A stretch of 64,000 nt of DNA from Chrysemys picta bellii (lineage: Eukaryota): the NCBI RefSeq assembly GCF_011386835.1, contig NC_088806.1, positions 930,001-994,000 on the forward strand. The letters run 5' to 3'. Each line of letters starts with the position of its first letter. The first letter of the stretch is position 1. Shown piece after piece: positions 36,901 through 48,900 of this stretch. The translations under genes were made by a program, and so were the position numbers. The notes under the pieces are model-generated. The model had not been told where the DNA came from. It worked only from the letters and a program-made list of their open reading frames with translations, and did no database searches.

Positions 36901-39900
36901 TGCTCTCGCTGGGAGAGGAAGAGGTGCCTGTGGTGGGTTCGACCGAGGTTGTATGGCTGCTCTCACTGGCAGATGAAGAGGTGCCAGTGGTGGACTCGGT
37001 CGCGGTCATGTGGGGACTCTGCTTGGGCGACGAGGACGTGCCTGTGGCGGGTTCGACCGAGGTCTTGTGGCTGCTGTCGCTGTGAGAGGAGGAGGTGCCA
37101 GTGTTGGGCTTGGCAGAGGTCGCGGAGATGCTCTCGGTGTGAGAAGAGGAGGTGCCCGTGGAGCTCTCGGCTGAGGTCGTGTGGCTTGTCTTGCTGGGAG
37201 AGGAGGAGGTTCCTGTTGTGGTCTCAGCCACGGTCGTGTGGCTGCTCTCGCTAGGAGAGGAGGAGATGTCTGTGGTGGGTTTGACCGAGGTTGTACGGCT
37301 GCTCTCACTGACAGAGGAAGAGGTGCCCGTGGTGGGTTCGATAGACATTGTATGGCTGCTCTCACTGGCAGATGAAGAGGTGACAGTGGTGGACTCGGTC
37401 GCGGTCATGTGGGTACTCTGCTTGGGCAACGAGGACGTATCTGTGGCGGGTTCCCCCGAGGTCGTGTGGCTGCTCTCGCTGTTAGAGGAGGAGGTGCCAG
37501 TGTTGGGCTTGGCAGAGGTCGCGGAGATGCTCTCGGTGTGAGAAGAGGAGGTGCCCGTGGAGCTCTCGGCTGAGGTCGTGTGGCTTGTCTTCCTGGGAGA
37601 GGAGGAGGTTCCTGTTGTGGTCTCAGCCACGGTCGTGTGGCTGCTCTCGCTAGGAGAGGAGGAGATGCCTGTGGTGGGTTTGAACGAGGTTGTACGGCTG
37701 CTCTCACTGACAGAGGAAGAGGTGCCCATGGTGGGTTCGACAGACATTGTATGGCTGCTCTCACTGGCAGATGAAGAGGTGCCAGTGGTGGACTCGGTCG
37801 CGGTCATGTGGGTACTCTCCTTGGGCGACGAGGACGTATCTGTGGCGGGTTCCACCGAGGTCGTGTGGCTGCTCTCGCTGTGAGAGGAGGAGGTGCCAGT
37901 GTTCGGCTTGGCCGAGGTCGCGGAGATGCTCTCGGTGTGAGAAGGGGAGGTGCCAGTGGAGCTCTCGTCTGAGGTCGTGTGGCTTGTCTTGCTTGCAGAG
38001 GAGGAGGTTCCTGTTGTAGTCTCAGCCATGGTCGTGTGGCTGCTCTCGCTGGGAGAGAAAGAGGTACCTGTCATGGTCTCGGCCGAGGTCGTGTGTCTTG
38101 TCTTGCTTGGAGAGGAGGAAGTTCCTGCTGTAGTCTCAGCCACGGTCGTGTGGCTGCTCTTGCTGTGAGAGGAGGAGGTGCCAGTGTGGGGCTCGGCCGA
38201 GGTCGCGGAGATGCTCTCAGTGTGAGAAGAGGAGGTGCCCGTGGAGCTCTCGGCTGAGGTCGTGTGGCTTGTCTTCTTTGCAGAGGAGGAGGTTCCTGTT
38301 GTGGTCTCAGCCACGGTCTTGTGGCTGCTCTTGCTGGCAGAAGAGGTGGTGCCCGTGGTGAACACAGCTGAGGTCGTGTGGCTGCTCTCACTGGCAGATG
38401 AAGAGGTGCCAGTGGTGGACTCGGTCGCGGTCATGTGGGTACTCTGCTTGGGCGACGAGGACGTGCCTGTGGCGGGTTCGACCGAGGTCGTGTGGCTCCT
38501 CTCGCTGGGAGAGGAGGAGGTTCCCATTGTGCTCTCAGCCACGGTCGTATGGCTGCTCTCGCTGCGAGAGTAAAAGGTGCCAGTGGTGGACTCTGAAGAA
38601 GTCGTTTGGCTACTCTGCTTGGGCAACGAAGAGGTGGTGCCCGTGGTGGGTTCGGTCGAGGTCGTGGAGATGCTCTCGGTGTGAGAAGAGGAGATGCCCA
38701 TGGAGCTCTTGGCAGAGGTTGTGGGGCTGCTCACGCTGGGAGAGGAGGAGGTGCCAGTGGTGGGTTCGACCGAGGTTGTATGGCTGCTCTCGCTGGGAGA
38801 GGAAGAGGTACCTCCGGTAGTCTCGGCCGAGGTCCTGTGGCTTGTCTTGCTGGGAGAGGAGTAGGTTGCAGTGTTGGGCTCGGCCGAGGTCGCCGAGATG
38901 CTCTCGGTGTGAGAAGAGGAGGTGTCCATGGAGCTCTCGGCAGAGGTAGTATGGCTTGTCTTGTTTGCAGAGGAGGAGGTTCCTGTTGTGGTCTCCGCCA
39001 CGGTCGTGTGGCTGCTCTTGCTGGCAGAGGAGGTGGTACCCATGGTGAACACGGCTGAGGTCATGTGGCTGCTCTCGCTGGGAGAGGAGGAGGTGCCCCT
39101 GGTGGGGTTGAGCGAGGTTGTACGGCTGCTCTCACTGGCAGATGAAGAGGTGCCAGTGGTGGACTCGGTCGCGGTCATGTGAGTACTCTGTTTGGGCGAC
39201 GAGGACGTGCCTGTGGCGCGTTCGACCGAGGTCGTGTGGCTCCTCTCGCTGGGAGAGGAGGAGGTTCCCATTGTGGTCTCAGCCACGGTCGTATGGCTGC
39301 TCTCGCTGCGAGAGTAAAAGGTGCCAGTGGTGGACTCTGCAGAAGTCGTTTGGCTACTCTGCTTGGGCAACGAAGAGGTGGTGCCAGTGGTGGGTTCGGC
39401 CAAGGTCGTGGAGATACTCTCACTGGGAGAGGAGGAGGTTCTTGTTGTCTCAGCCATGGTCGTGTGGCTGCTCTCGCTGGGAGAGGAGGTGGTGCCCATT
39501 GTGGGCTCGGCCGAGATCGCGGAGATGCTCTCGGCGTGAGAAGAGGAGGTGCCCGTGGAGCTCTCGGCCGAGGTCGTGTGGCTGCTCTCGCTGGGAGACG
39601 AAGAGGTACCTGTCATAATCTCAGCCGAGGTCGTGTGGATGCTCTCGCTGTGAGAGGTGGAGGTGCCAGTGGTGGGTTCGACCGAGGTTGTATGCCTGCT
39701 CTCGCTGGGAGAGGAAGAGGTACCTCCGGTAGCCTCGGCCGAGGTCCTGTGGCTTGTCTTGCTGGGAGAGGAGTAGGTTGCAGTGGTGGGTTCGGCCGAG
39801 GTCGTGGAGATACTCTCACTTGGGGAGGAGGAGATTCTTGTTGTCTCAGCCATGGTCGTGTGGCTGCTCTCGCTGGGAGAGGAGGTGGTGCCCGTTGTGG

Positions 39901-42900
39901 GGTCGGCCGAGGTCGCGGAGATGCTCTCGGTGTGAGAAGACGAGGTGCCCGTGGAGCTCTTGGTAGAGGTCGTGGGGCTGCTCTCGGTGGCAGAAGAGGT
40001 GGGGCCTGTGGCGGGTTCGACCGAGGTCGTGTGGCTCCTCTCGCTGGGAGAGGAGGAGATTCCCATTGTGGTCTGAGCCACGGTCGTATGGCTGCTCTCG
40101 CTGCGAGAGTAAAAGGTGCCAGTGGTGGACTCTGCAGAAGTCGTTTGGCTACTCTGCTTGGGCAACGAAGAGGTGGTGCCCGTGGTGGGTTCGGCTGAGG
40201 TCGTGGAGATACTCTCACTGGGAGCGGAGGAGGTTCTTGTTGTCTCAGCCATGGTCGTGTGGTTGCTCTCGCTGGGAGAGGAGCTGGTGCCCATTGTGGG
40301 CTCAGCCGAGGTTGCGGAGATGCTCTCGGTGTTAGAAGAGGAGGTGCCCGTGGAGCTCTCGGCTGAGGTCGTGTGGCTGCTCTCGTTGGGAGAGGAAGAG
40401 GTACCTGTCATACTCTCGGCCGAGGTCGTGTGGCTGCTCTCGCTGTGAGAGGTGGAGGTGCCAGTGGTGGGTTCGGCCGAGGCCGTGTGACTGCTCAGGC
40501 TGGGAGTGGAGGAACTGGGTATTGTGGTCTCGGCCAGGGTCGTGTTGCTGCTCTCGCTGCGAGAGTAAAAGGTGCCAGTGGTGGACCCTGCAGAAGTCGT
40601 TTGGCTACTCTGCTTGGGCAACGAAGAGGTGGTGCCCGTGGTGGGTTCGGCCGAGGTCGTGGAGATACTCTCGCTGGGAGAGGAGGAGGTTCTTGTTGTC
40701 TCAGCCATGGTCGTGTGGCTGCTCTCGCTGGGAGAGGAGGAGGTGCTCGTTGTGGGCTCGGCCGAGGTCACGGAGATGCTCTCGGTGTGAGAAGAGGAGA
40801 TGCCCGTGGAGCTCTTGGCAGAGGTCGTGGGGCTGCTCTCGCTGGCCGAGGAGGAGGTGCCCGTGGTGGGTTCGACCGAGGTAGTATGGCTGCTCTCGCT
40901 GGGAGAGGAGGAGGTTCCAGTGTTGGGCTCGGCCGAGGTCGCGGAGATGCTCTCGGTGTGAGAAGAGGAGGTGCCCGTGGAGCTCTTCGCAGAGGTCGAG
41001 GGACTGCTCTCGCTGGCAGAAGAGGTGGTGCCCGTGGTGGGTTCGACCGAGGTTGTATGGCTGCTCTCACTGGCAGATGAAGAGGTGCCAGTGGTGGACT
41101 CAGTCGCGGTCATGTGGGTACTCTGCTTGGGCGACGAGGACGTGCCTGTGGCGGGTTCGACCGAGGTCGTGTGGCTGCTCTCGCTGGCAGAGGTGCCAGT
41201 GGTGGACTCGGTCGCGGTCATGTGGGTACTCTGCTTGGGCGACGAGGACGTGCCTGTGGCGGGTTCGACCGAGGTCGTGTGGCTGCTCTCGCTGTGAGAG
41301 GAGGAGGTGCCAGTGTTGGGTTCGACCGAGGTTGTATGGCTGCTCTCGCTGGGAGAGGAAGAGGTACCTCCGGTAGTCTCGGCCGAGGTCCTGTGGCTTG
41401 TCTTGCTGGGAGAGGAGGAGGTTCCAGTGTTGGGCTCGGCCGAGGTCGCCGAGATGCTCTCGGTGTGAGAAGAGGAGGTGCCCGTGGAGCTCTCGGCTGA
41501 GGTCGTGTGGCTTGTCTTGCTTGCAGAGGAGGAGGTTCCTGTTTTGGTCTCAGCCACGGTCGTCTGGCTGCTCTTGCTGGCAGAAGAGGTGGTGCCCGTG
41601 GTGAACACGGCTGAGGTCGTGTGGCTGCTCTCGCTGGGAGAGGAGGAGATGCCCGTGGTGGGTTTGACCGAGGTTGTACGGCTGCTCTCACTGACAGAGG
41701 AAGAGGTGCCCGTGGTGGGTTCGACAGACATTGTATGGCTGCTCTCACTGGCAGATGAAGAGGTGCCAGTGGTGGACTTGGTCGCGGTCATGTGAATACT
41801 CTGCTTGGGCGACGAGGACGTGCCTGTGGCGGGTTCGACCGAGGTCGTGTGGCTGCTCTCGCTGGGAGAGGAGGAGGTTCCCATTGTGGTCTCAGCCACG
41901 GTCGTATGGCTGCTCTCGCTGCGAGAGTAAAAGTTGCCAGTGGTGGACTCTGCAGAAGTCGTTTGGCTACTCTGCTTGGGCAACGAAGAGGTGGTGCCCG
42001 TGGTGGGTTCGGCCGAGGTCGTGGAGATACTCTCGCTGGTAGAGGAGGAGATTCTTGTTGTCTCAGCCATGGTCGTGCGGCTGCTCTCGCTGGGAGAGGA
42101 GGTGGTGCCCATTGGGGGCTCGGCCGAGGTTGCGGAGATGCTCTCGGTTTGAGAAGAGGAGGTGCCCGTGGAGCTCTCGGCCGAGGTCGTGTGGCTGCTC
42201 TCGCTGGGAGAGGAAGAGGTACCTGCAATAATCTTGGCCGAGGTCGTGTGGCTGCTCTCGCTGTGAGAGGTGGAGGTGCCAGTGGTGGGTTCGGCCGAGG
42301 CCGTGTGACTGCTCAGGCTGTGAGTGGAGGAACTGGGCATTCTGGTCTCGGCCAGGGTCGTGTTGCTGCTCTCGCTGCGAGAGTAAAAGGTGCCAGTGGT
42401 GGACCCTGCAGAAATCGTTTGGCTACTCTGCTTGGGCAACGAAGAGGTGGTGCCCGTGGTGGGTTCAGCCGATGTCGTGGAGATACTCTCGCTGGGAGAG
42501 GAGGAGGTTCTTGTTGTCTCAGCCATGGTCGTGTGGCTGCTCTCGCTGGGAGAGGAGGAGGTGCTCGTTGTGGGCTCGGCCGAGGTCGCGGAGATGCTCT
42601 CGGTGTGAGAAGAGGACGTGCCCGTGGAGCTCTTCGCAGAGGTTGAGGGACTGCTCTCGCTGGCAGAAGAGGTTGTGCCCGTGGTGGCTTCGACCGAGGT
42701 TGTATGGCTGCTCTCACTGGCAGATGAAGAGGTGCCAGTGGTTGACTCGGTCGCGGTCATGTGGGTACTCTGCTTGGGCGACGAGGACGTGCCTGTGGCG
42801 GGTTCGACCGAGGTCGTGTGACTGCTCTCGTTGTGAGAGGAGGAGGTGCCAGTGTTGGGCTTGGCCGAAGTCGCGGAGATGCTCTCGGTGTGAGAAGAGG

Positions 42901-45900
42901 AGGTGCCCGTGGAGCTCTCGGCTGAAGTCGTGTGGCTTGTCTCGCTGGCAGAAGAGGAGGTGCCCGTGGTGGGTTTGACCGAGGTTGTATGGCTGCTCTC
43001 GCTGGGAGAGGAGGAGGGGCCCGTGGTGGGTTCGACCAAGGTTGTATGGCTGCTCTCGCTGGGAGAGGAAGAGGTACCTCCGGTAGTCTCGGCCGAGGTC
43101 CTGTGGCTTGTCTTGCTGGGAGAGGAGGACGTTCCAGTGTTGGGCTCAGCCGAGGTTGCCGAGATGCTCTCGGTGTGAGAAGAGGAGGTGCCCGTGGAGC
43201 TCTTGGCAGAGGTCGTAGGGCTGCTCTCGCTGGGCGAGGAGGAGGTGCCCGTGGTGGGTTCGACCGAGGTTGTATGGCTGCTCTCGCTGGGAGAGGAGGA
43301 GGTTCCAGTGTTGGGCTCGGCCGAGGTTACGGAAATGCTCTCTGTGTGAGAAGAGGAGGTGCCCGTGGAGCTCTCGGCTGAGGTCATGTGGCTTGTCTTG
43401 CTGGGAGAGGAGGAGGTTCCTGTTGTGGTCTCAGCCACGGTCGTGTGGCTGCTCTCGCTGGGAGAAGACGTGGTGCCCGTGGTGAACACGGCTGAGGTCG
43501 TGTGGCTGCTCTCGCTGGGAGAGGAGGAGGTGCCAGTGGTGGATTCGACCGAGGTTGTATGGCTGCTCTCACTGGCAGATGCAGAGGTGCCAGTGGTGGA
43601 CTCGGTCGCGGTCATGTGGGTACTCTGCTTGGGCGACGAGGACGTGCCTGTGGCGGGTTCGGCCAAGTTCGTGGAGATACTCTCACTGGGAGAGGAGGAG
43701 GTTCTTGTTGTCTCAGCCATGGTCGTGTGGCTGCTCTCTCTGGGAGAGGAGGAGGTTCCAGTGTTGGGCTCGGCCGAGGTCGCGGAGATGCTCTCGGTGT
43801 GAGAAGAGGAGGTGCTCGTGGAGCTCTCGGCCGAGGTCGTGTGGCTTGTCTTGCTGGGAGAGGAGGAGGTTCCTGTTGTGGTCTCAGCCACGGTCGTCTG
43901 GCTGCTCTTGCTAGCAGAAGAGGTGATGCCCGTGTTGAGCACGGCTGAGTTCGTGTGGCTGCTCTCGCTGGGAGAGGAGGAGGTGCCCGTGGTGGGTTCG
44001 ACCGACATTGTCTGGCTGCTCTCACTGGCAGATGAAGAGGTGCCAGTGGTGGACTCGGTCGCGGTCATGTGGGTACTCTGCTTGGGCGACGAGGACGTGT
44101 CTGTGGCGGGTTCGACCGAGGTCGTGTGGCTGTTCTCACTGTGAGAGGAGGAGGTGCCAGTGTTGGGCTCGGCCGAGGTCGCGGAGATGCTCTCGGTGTG
44201 AGAAGAGGAGGTGCCCGTGTAGCTCTCGGCCGAGGTCATGTGACTTTTCTCGCTGGGAGAGGAGGAGGTTCCCATTGTGGTCTCAGCCACGGTCGTATGG
44301 CTGCTCTCGCTGCGAGAGTAAAAGGTGCCAGTGGTGGACTCTGCAGAAGTCGTTTGCCTACTCTGCTTGGGCAACGAAGAGGTGGTGCTCGTGGTGGGTT
44401 CGGCCGATGTCGTGGAGATACTCTCGCTGGGAGAGGAGGAGGTTCTTGTTGTCTCAGCCATGGTCGTGTGGCTGCTCTCGCTGGGAGAGGAGGAGGTGCC
44501 CGTTGTGGGCTCGGCCGAGGTCGCGGAGATGCTCTCGGTGTGAGAAGAGGAGGTGCCATTGGAGCTCTTGGCAGAGGTCGTGGGGCTGCTCTTGCTGGGA
44601 GAGGAGGAGGGGCCCGTGGTGGGTTCGACCGAGGTTGTATGGCTGCTCTCGCTGGGAGAGGAAGTGGTACCTCCAGTAGTCTCGGCCGAGGTCCTGTGGC
44701 TTGTCTTGCTGGGAGAGGAGGAGGTTCCAGTGTTGGGCTCGGCCGAGGTCGCCGAGATGCTCTCGGTGTGAGAAGAGGAGGTGCCCGTGGAGCTCTCGGC
44801 TGAGGTCGTGTGGCTTGTCTTGCTTGCAGAGGAGGAGGTTCCTGTTGTGGTCTCAGCCACGGTTGAGTGGCTGCTGTCGCTGGGCGAGGAGGAGGTGCCC
44901 GTGGTGGGTTCGACCGAGGTTGTATGGCTGCTCTCGCTGGGAGAGGAGGAGGGGCCAGTGTTGGGCTCGGCAGACGTCGCAGAGATGCTCTCGGTGTGGG
45001 AAGAGGAGGTGTCCGTGGAGCTCTCGGCCGAGGTCATGGGGTTGCTCTCGCTGGGAGAGGAGGAGGTGCCCGTGGAGCTCTCGGCCGAGGTCGTGTGGCT
45101 TGTCTTGCTGGGAGAGGAGGAGGTTCCTGTTGTGGTCTCAGCCACGGTCGTGTGGCTGCTCTCGCTGGGAGAAGAGGTGGTGCCCGTGGTGAACACGGCT
45201 GAGGTCGTGTGGCTGCTCTCACTGGCAGATGAAGAGGTGCCAGTGGTGGACTCGGTCGGGGTCATGTGGGTACTCTGCTTGGGCGACGAGGACGTGCCTG
45301 TGGCGGGTTCGACCGAGGTCGTGTGGCTCCTCTCGCTGGGAGAGGAGGAGGTGCCCGTGGTGGGCTCGGCCGAGGTTGTGGAGATTCTCTCGGTGTGGGA
45401 AGAGGAGGTGCCCGTGGAGCTCTTGGCCGAGGTCGTGGGGCTATTCTCGCTGTGAGAACTGGAGGTGCCCTTGGTGAACACAGCTGAGGTCGTGAGGCTG
45501 CTCTCGCTGTGAGAGGAGGAGGTGCCCATGGTGGTTGTGGCTATCCCTGTTTTAGTCATCCCTGAGGTGCTGTTTGCTGTGGTTGTTGTCGCTGTCCCTG
45601 TTTGCAATGATATTTCTGCTCAATATTTTATCTCCAGTGTTATAATTTGAAGCTGATATTTGCAACAGGACCTAAGATTGTTGTACACCCAAAGGTCATT
45701 TCTCAGGGTTTTTGGCACCAAAATCTCTTTGGTTATCCCGCCTTGAGAATCCTCCCTCCCTGCCGATTTCCCAGCGTCTCTCATATGCACATTCCTCACC
45801 GGTTTACTTGGGTCCCTATTCCCATAGAAATCACCTTCCAGTTCACAAAGGCAAATTCAGGTGGTTCTGCGGTGACCATTCATGGGACCAGGGAAACCCT

Positions 45901-48900
45901 CCATCTCTCCTTCTCACTGATAACCAAGGGGTCTATCCCCAGCTCTGGTAGAGGTCTAGGGGCTACTGACAATTATGGACCATTATGCAAACTGTTTCCC
46001 TTGTAACCAGACCCTGGCATGAACCAAATCCCATTCCAGAGCCCGGGAGAGAACCCAGGTGTCGTTGCTCCCAGCTCCCCCTGCTCTAACCCATCAGCCC
46101 CCATGCCCCTCCCAGAGCCAGGCAGAGAACCCAGGAGTCCTGGCTCCCAGCCCCGCCCACTCTAACCCACATAAGAACATAATATAAGAACATAAGAACG
46201 GCCCTACCTGGTCAGACCAAAGGTCCATCTAGCCCAGTATCCTGTCTATTGACAGTGGCGAATGCCAGATGCCCCAGAGGGAGTGAACCTAACAGGCAAT
46301 GATCAAGTGATCTCTCTCCTGCCATCCATCTCCATCCTCTGACAGACAGAGGCTAGGGACACCATTCCTTACCCAGCCTGGCTAATAGCCATTAATGGAC
46401 TTAACCTCCATGAATTTATCCAGTTCTCTTTTAAACGCTGTTATAGTCCTAGCCTTCACAACCTCCTCAGGTAAGGAGTTCCACAAGTTGACTGTGCGCT
46501 GCGTGAAGAAGAACTTCCTTGTATTTGTTTTAAACCTGCTGCCTATTAATTTCATTTGGTGACCCCTAGTTCTTGTATTATGGGAACAAGTAAATAACTT
46601 TTCCTTATCCACTTTCTCCACATCACTCATGATTTTATATACCTCTATCATATCCCCCCTTAGTCTCCTCTTTTCCAAGCTGAAGAGACCTAGCCTCTTT
46701 ATTCTCTCCTCATATGGGACCCGTTCCAAACCCCTAATCATTTTAGTTGCCCTTCTCTGAACCTTTTCTAGTACCAGTATATCTTTTTTGAGATGAGGAG
46801 ACCACAACTGTACGCAGTATTCGAGATGTGGGCGTACCATCGATTTATATAAGGGCAATAATATATTCTCAGTCTTATTCTCTATCCCCTTTTTAATGAC
46901 CCCTAACATCCTGTTTGCTTTTTTGACCGCCTCTGCACACTGTGCAGACATCTTCAGAGAACTATCCACGATGACTCCAAGATCTTTTTCCTGACTTGTT
47001 GTAGCTAAATTAGCCCCCATCATATTGTATGTATAGTTGGGGTTATTTTTTCCAATGTGCATTACTTTACGTTTATCCACATTAAACTTCATTTGCCATT
47101 TTGTTGCCCAATCACTTAGTTTTGTGAGATCTTTTTGAAGTTCATCACAGTCTGCTTTGGTCTTAACTATCTTGAGCAGTTTAGTATCATCTGCAAACTT
47201 TGCCACCTCACTTTTTACCCCTTTCTCCAGATCATTTATAAATAAGTTGAATAGGATTGGTCCGAGGACTGATCCTTGGGGAACACTGCTAGTTACTAGG
47301 GTGACCAGATGTCCTGATTTTATACGGACAGTCCTGATTTTTGGGTCTTTTTCTTATATAGGCTCCTATTACCCCCCCCCCCCCATTCTGATTTTTCACA
47401 CTTACTGTCTGGTCACCCTACTAGTTACCCCTCTCCATTCTGAGAATTTACCATTAATTCCTACCCTTTGTTCCCGGTCTTTTAACCAGTTCTCAGTCCA
47501 TGAAAGGACCTTCCCTTTTATCCCATGCCAGCTTAATTTACGTAAGAACCTTTGGTGAGGGAGCTTGTCAAAGGCTTTCTGGAAATCTAAGTACACTATG
47601 TCCACTGGATCCCCCTTGTCCACGTTTGTTGACCCCTTCAAAGAACTCTAATAGATTAGTAAGACACGATTTCCCTTTACAGAAACCATGTTGACTATTG
47701 CTCAACAGTTTATGGTTTTCTATGTGTCGGACAATTTTATTCTTAACTATTGTTTCGACTAATTTGCCCGGTACAGACGTTAGACTTACCGGTCTGTAAT
47801 TGCCGGGATCACCTCTAGAGCCCTTTTTAAATATTAGTGTTACATTAGCTATCTTCCAGTCATTGGGTACAGAAGCCGATTTAAAGGACAGGTTACAAAC
47901 CTTAGTTAACAGTTCTGCAACTTCACATTTGAGTTCTTTACGAACTCTTGGGTGAATGCCATCTGGTCCCGGTGACTTGTTATGTTAAATTTCTCAATTA
48001 CTTCCAAAACCTCCTCTAGTGACACTTCAGTCTGTGACAGTTCCTCAGATTTGTCACCTACAAAAGCCGGCTCAGGATTGGGAATCTCCCTAACATCCTC
48101 AGCCGTGAAGACTGAAGCAAAGAATCCATTTAGTTTCTCCGCAATGACTTTATCGTCTTTACGCGCTCCTTTTGTATCTCGATCATCACGGGGCCCCACT
48201 GGTTGTTTAGCAGGCTTCCTGCTTCTGATGTACTTAAAAAAACATTTTCTTATTACCTTTGGAGTTTTTGGCTAGCCATTCTTCAAACTTCTCTTTGGCT
48301 TTTCTTATTACATTCTTGCACTTAATTTGGCAGCGTTTATGCTCCTTTCTATTTACCTCACTAGGATTTGACTTCCACTTTTTAAAGGAAGTCTTTTTAT
48401 CTCTCACTGCTTCTTTTACACGGTTGTTAAGCCACGGTGGCTCTTTTTTAGTTCTTTTACTGTGTTTCTTAATTTGGGGTATACATTGAAGTTGGACCTC
48501 TATTATCGTGTCTTTAAAAAGCGCCCATGTAGCTTGCAGGGATTTCCCTTTAGTCACTGTACCTTTTAATTTCTGTTTAACTAACCCCCTCATTTTTGCA
48601 TAGTTCCCCCTTTTGAAATTAAATGCCACAGTGTTGGGCTGTTGAGATGGTCTTCCCACCACAGGGATGTTGAATGCTATTGTATTATGGTCACTATTTC
48701 CAAGCGGTTCTGTTACAGTTACCTCTTGGACCAGCTCCCCAGATCCTGCGCTCCACTCAGGACTAAATCTAGAGTAGCCTCTCCCCTTGTGGGTTCCCGT
48801 ACCAGCTGCTCCATGAAGCAGTCATTTAAAGTATCAAGAAATTTTATCTCTGCATTTCGTCCTGAAGTGACATGTTCCCAGTCAATATGGGGATAATTGA

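Noticed and set aside
28240-45490. Hydrophobic ([13 protein letters not shown]) and Gly/Arg-rich ORFs in the other frames
   Set aside because: Alternative-frame and antisense translations of the 57-bp coding repeat; no independent gene signals.
5790-45500. CRISPR-like regular arrays
   Set aside because: Eukaryotic context; contiguous coding repeats without unique spacers; no cas genes.
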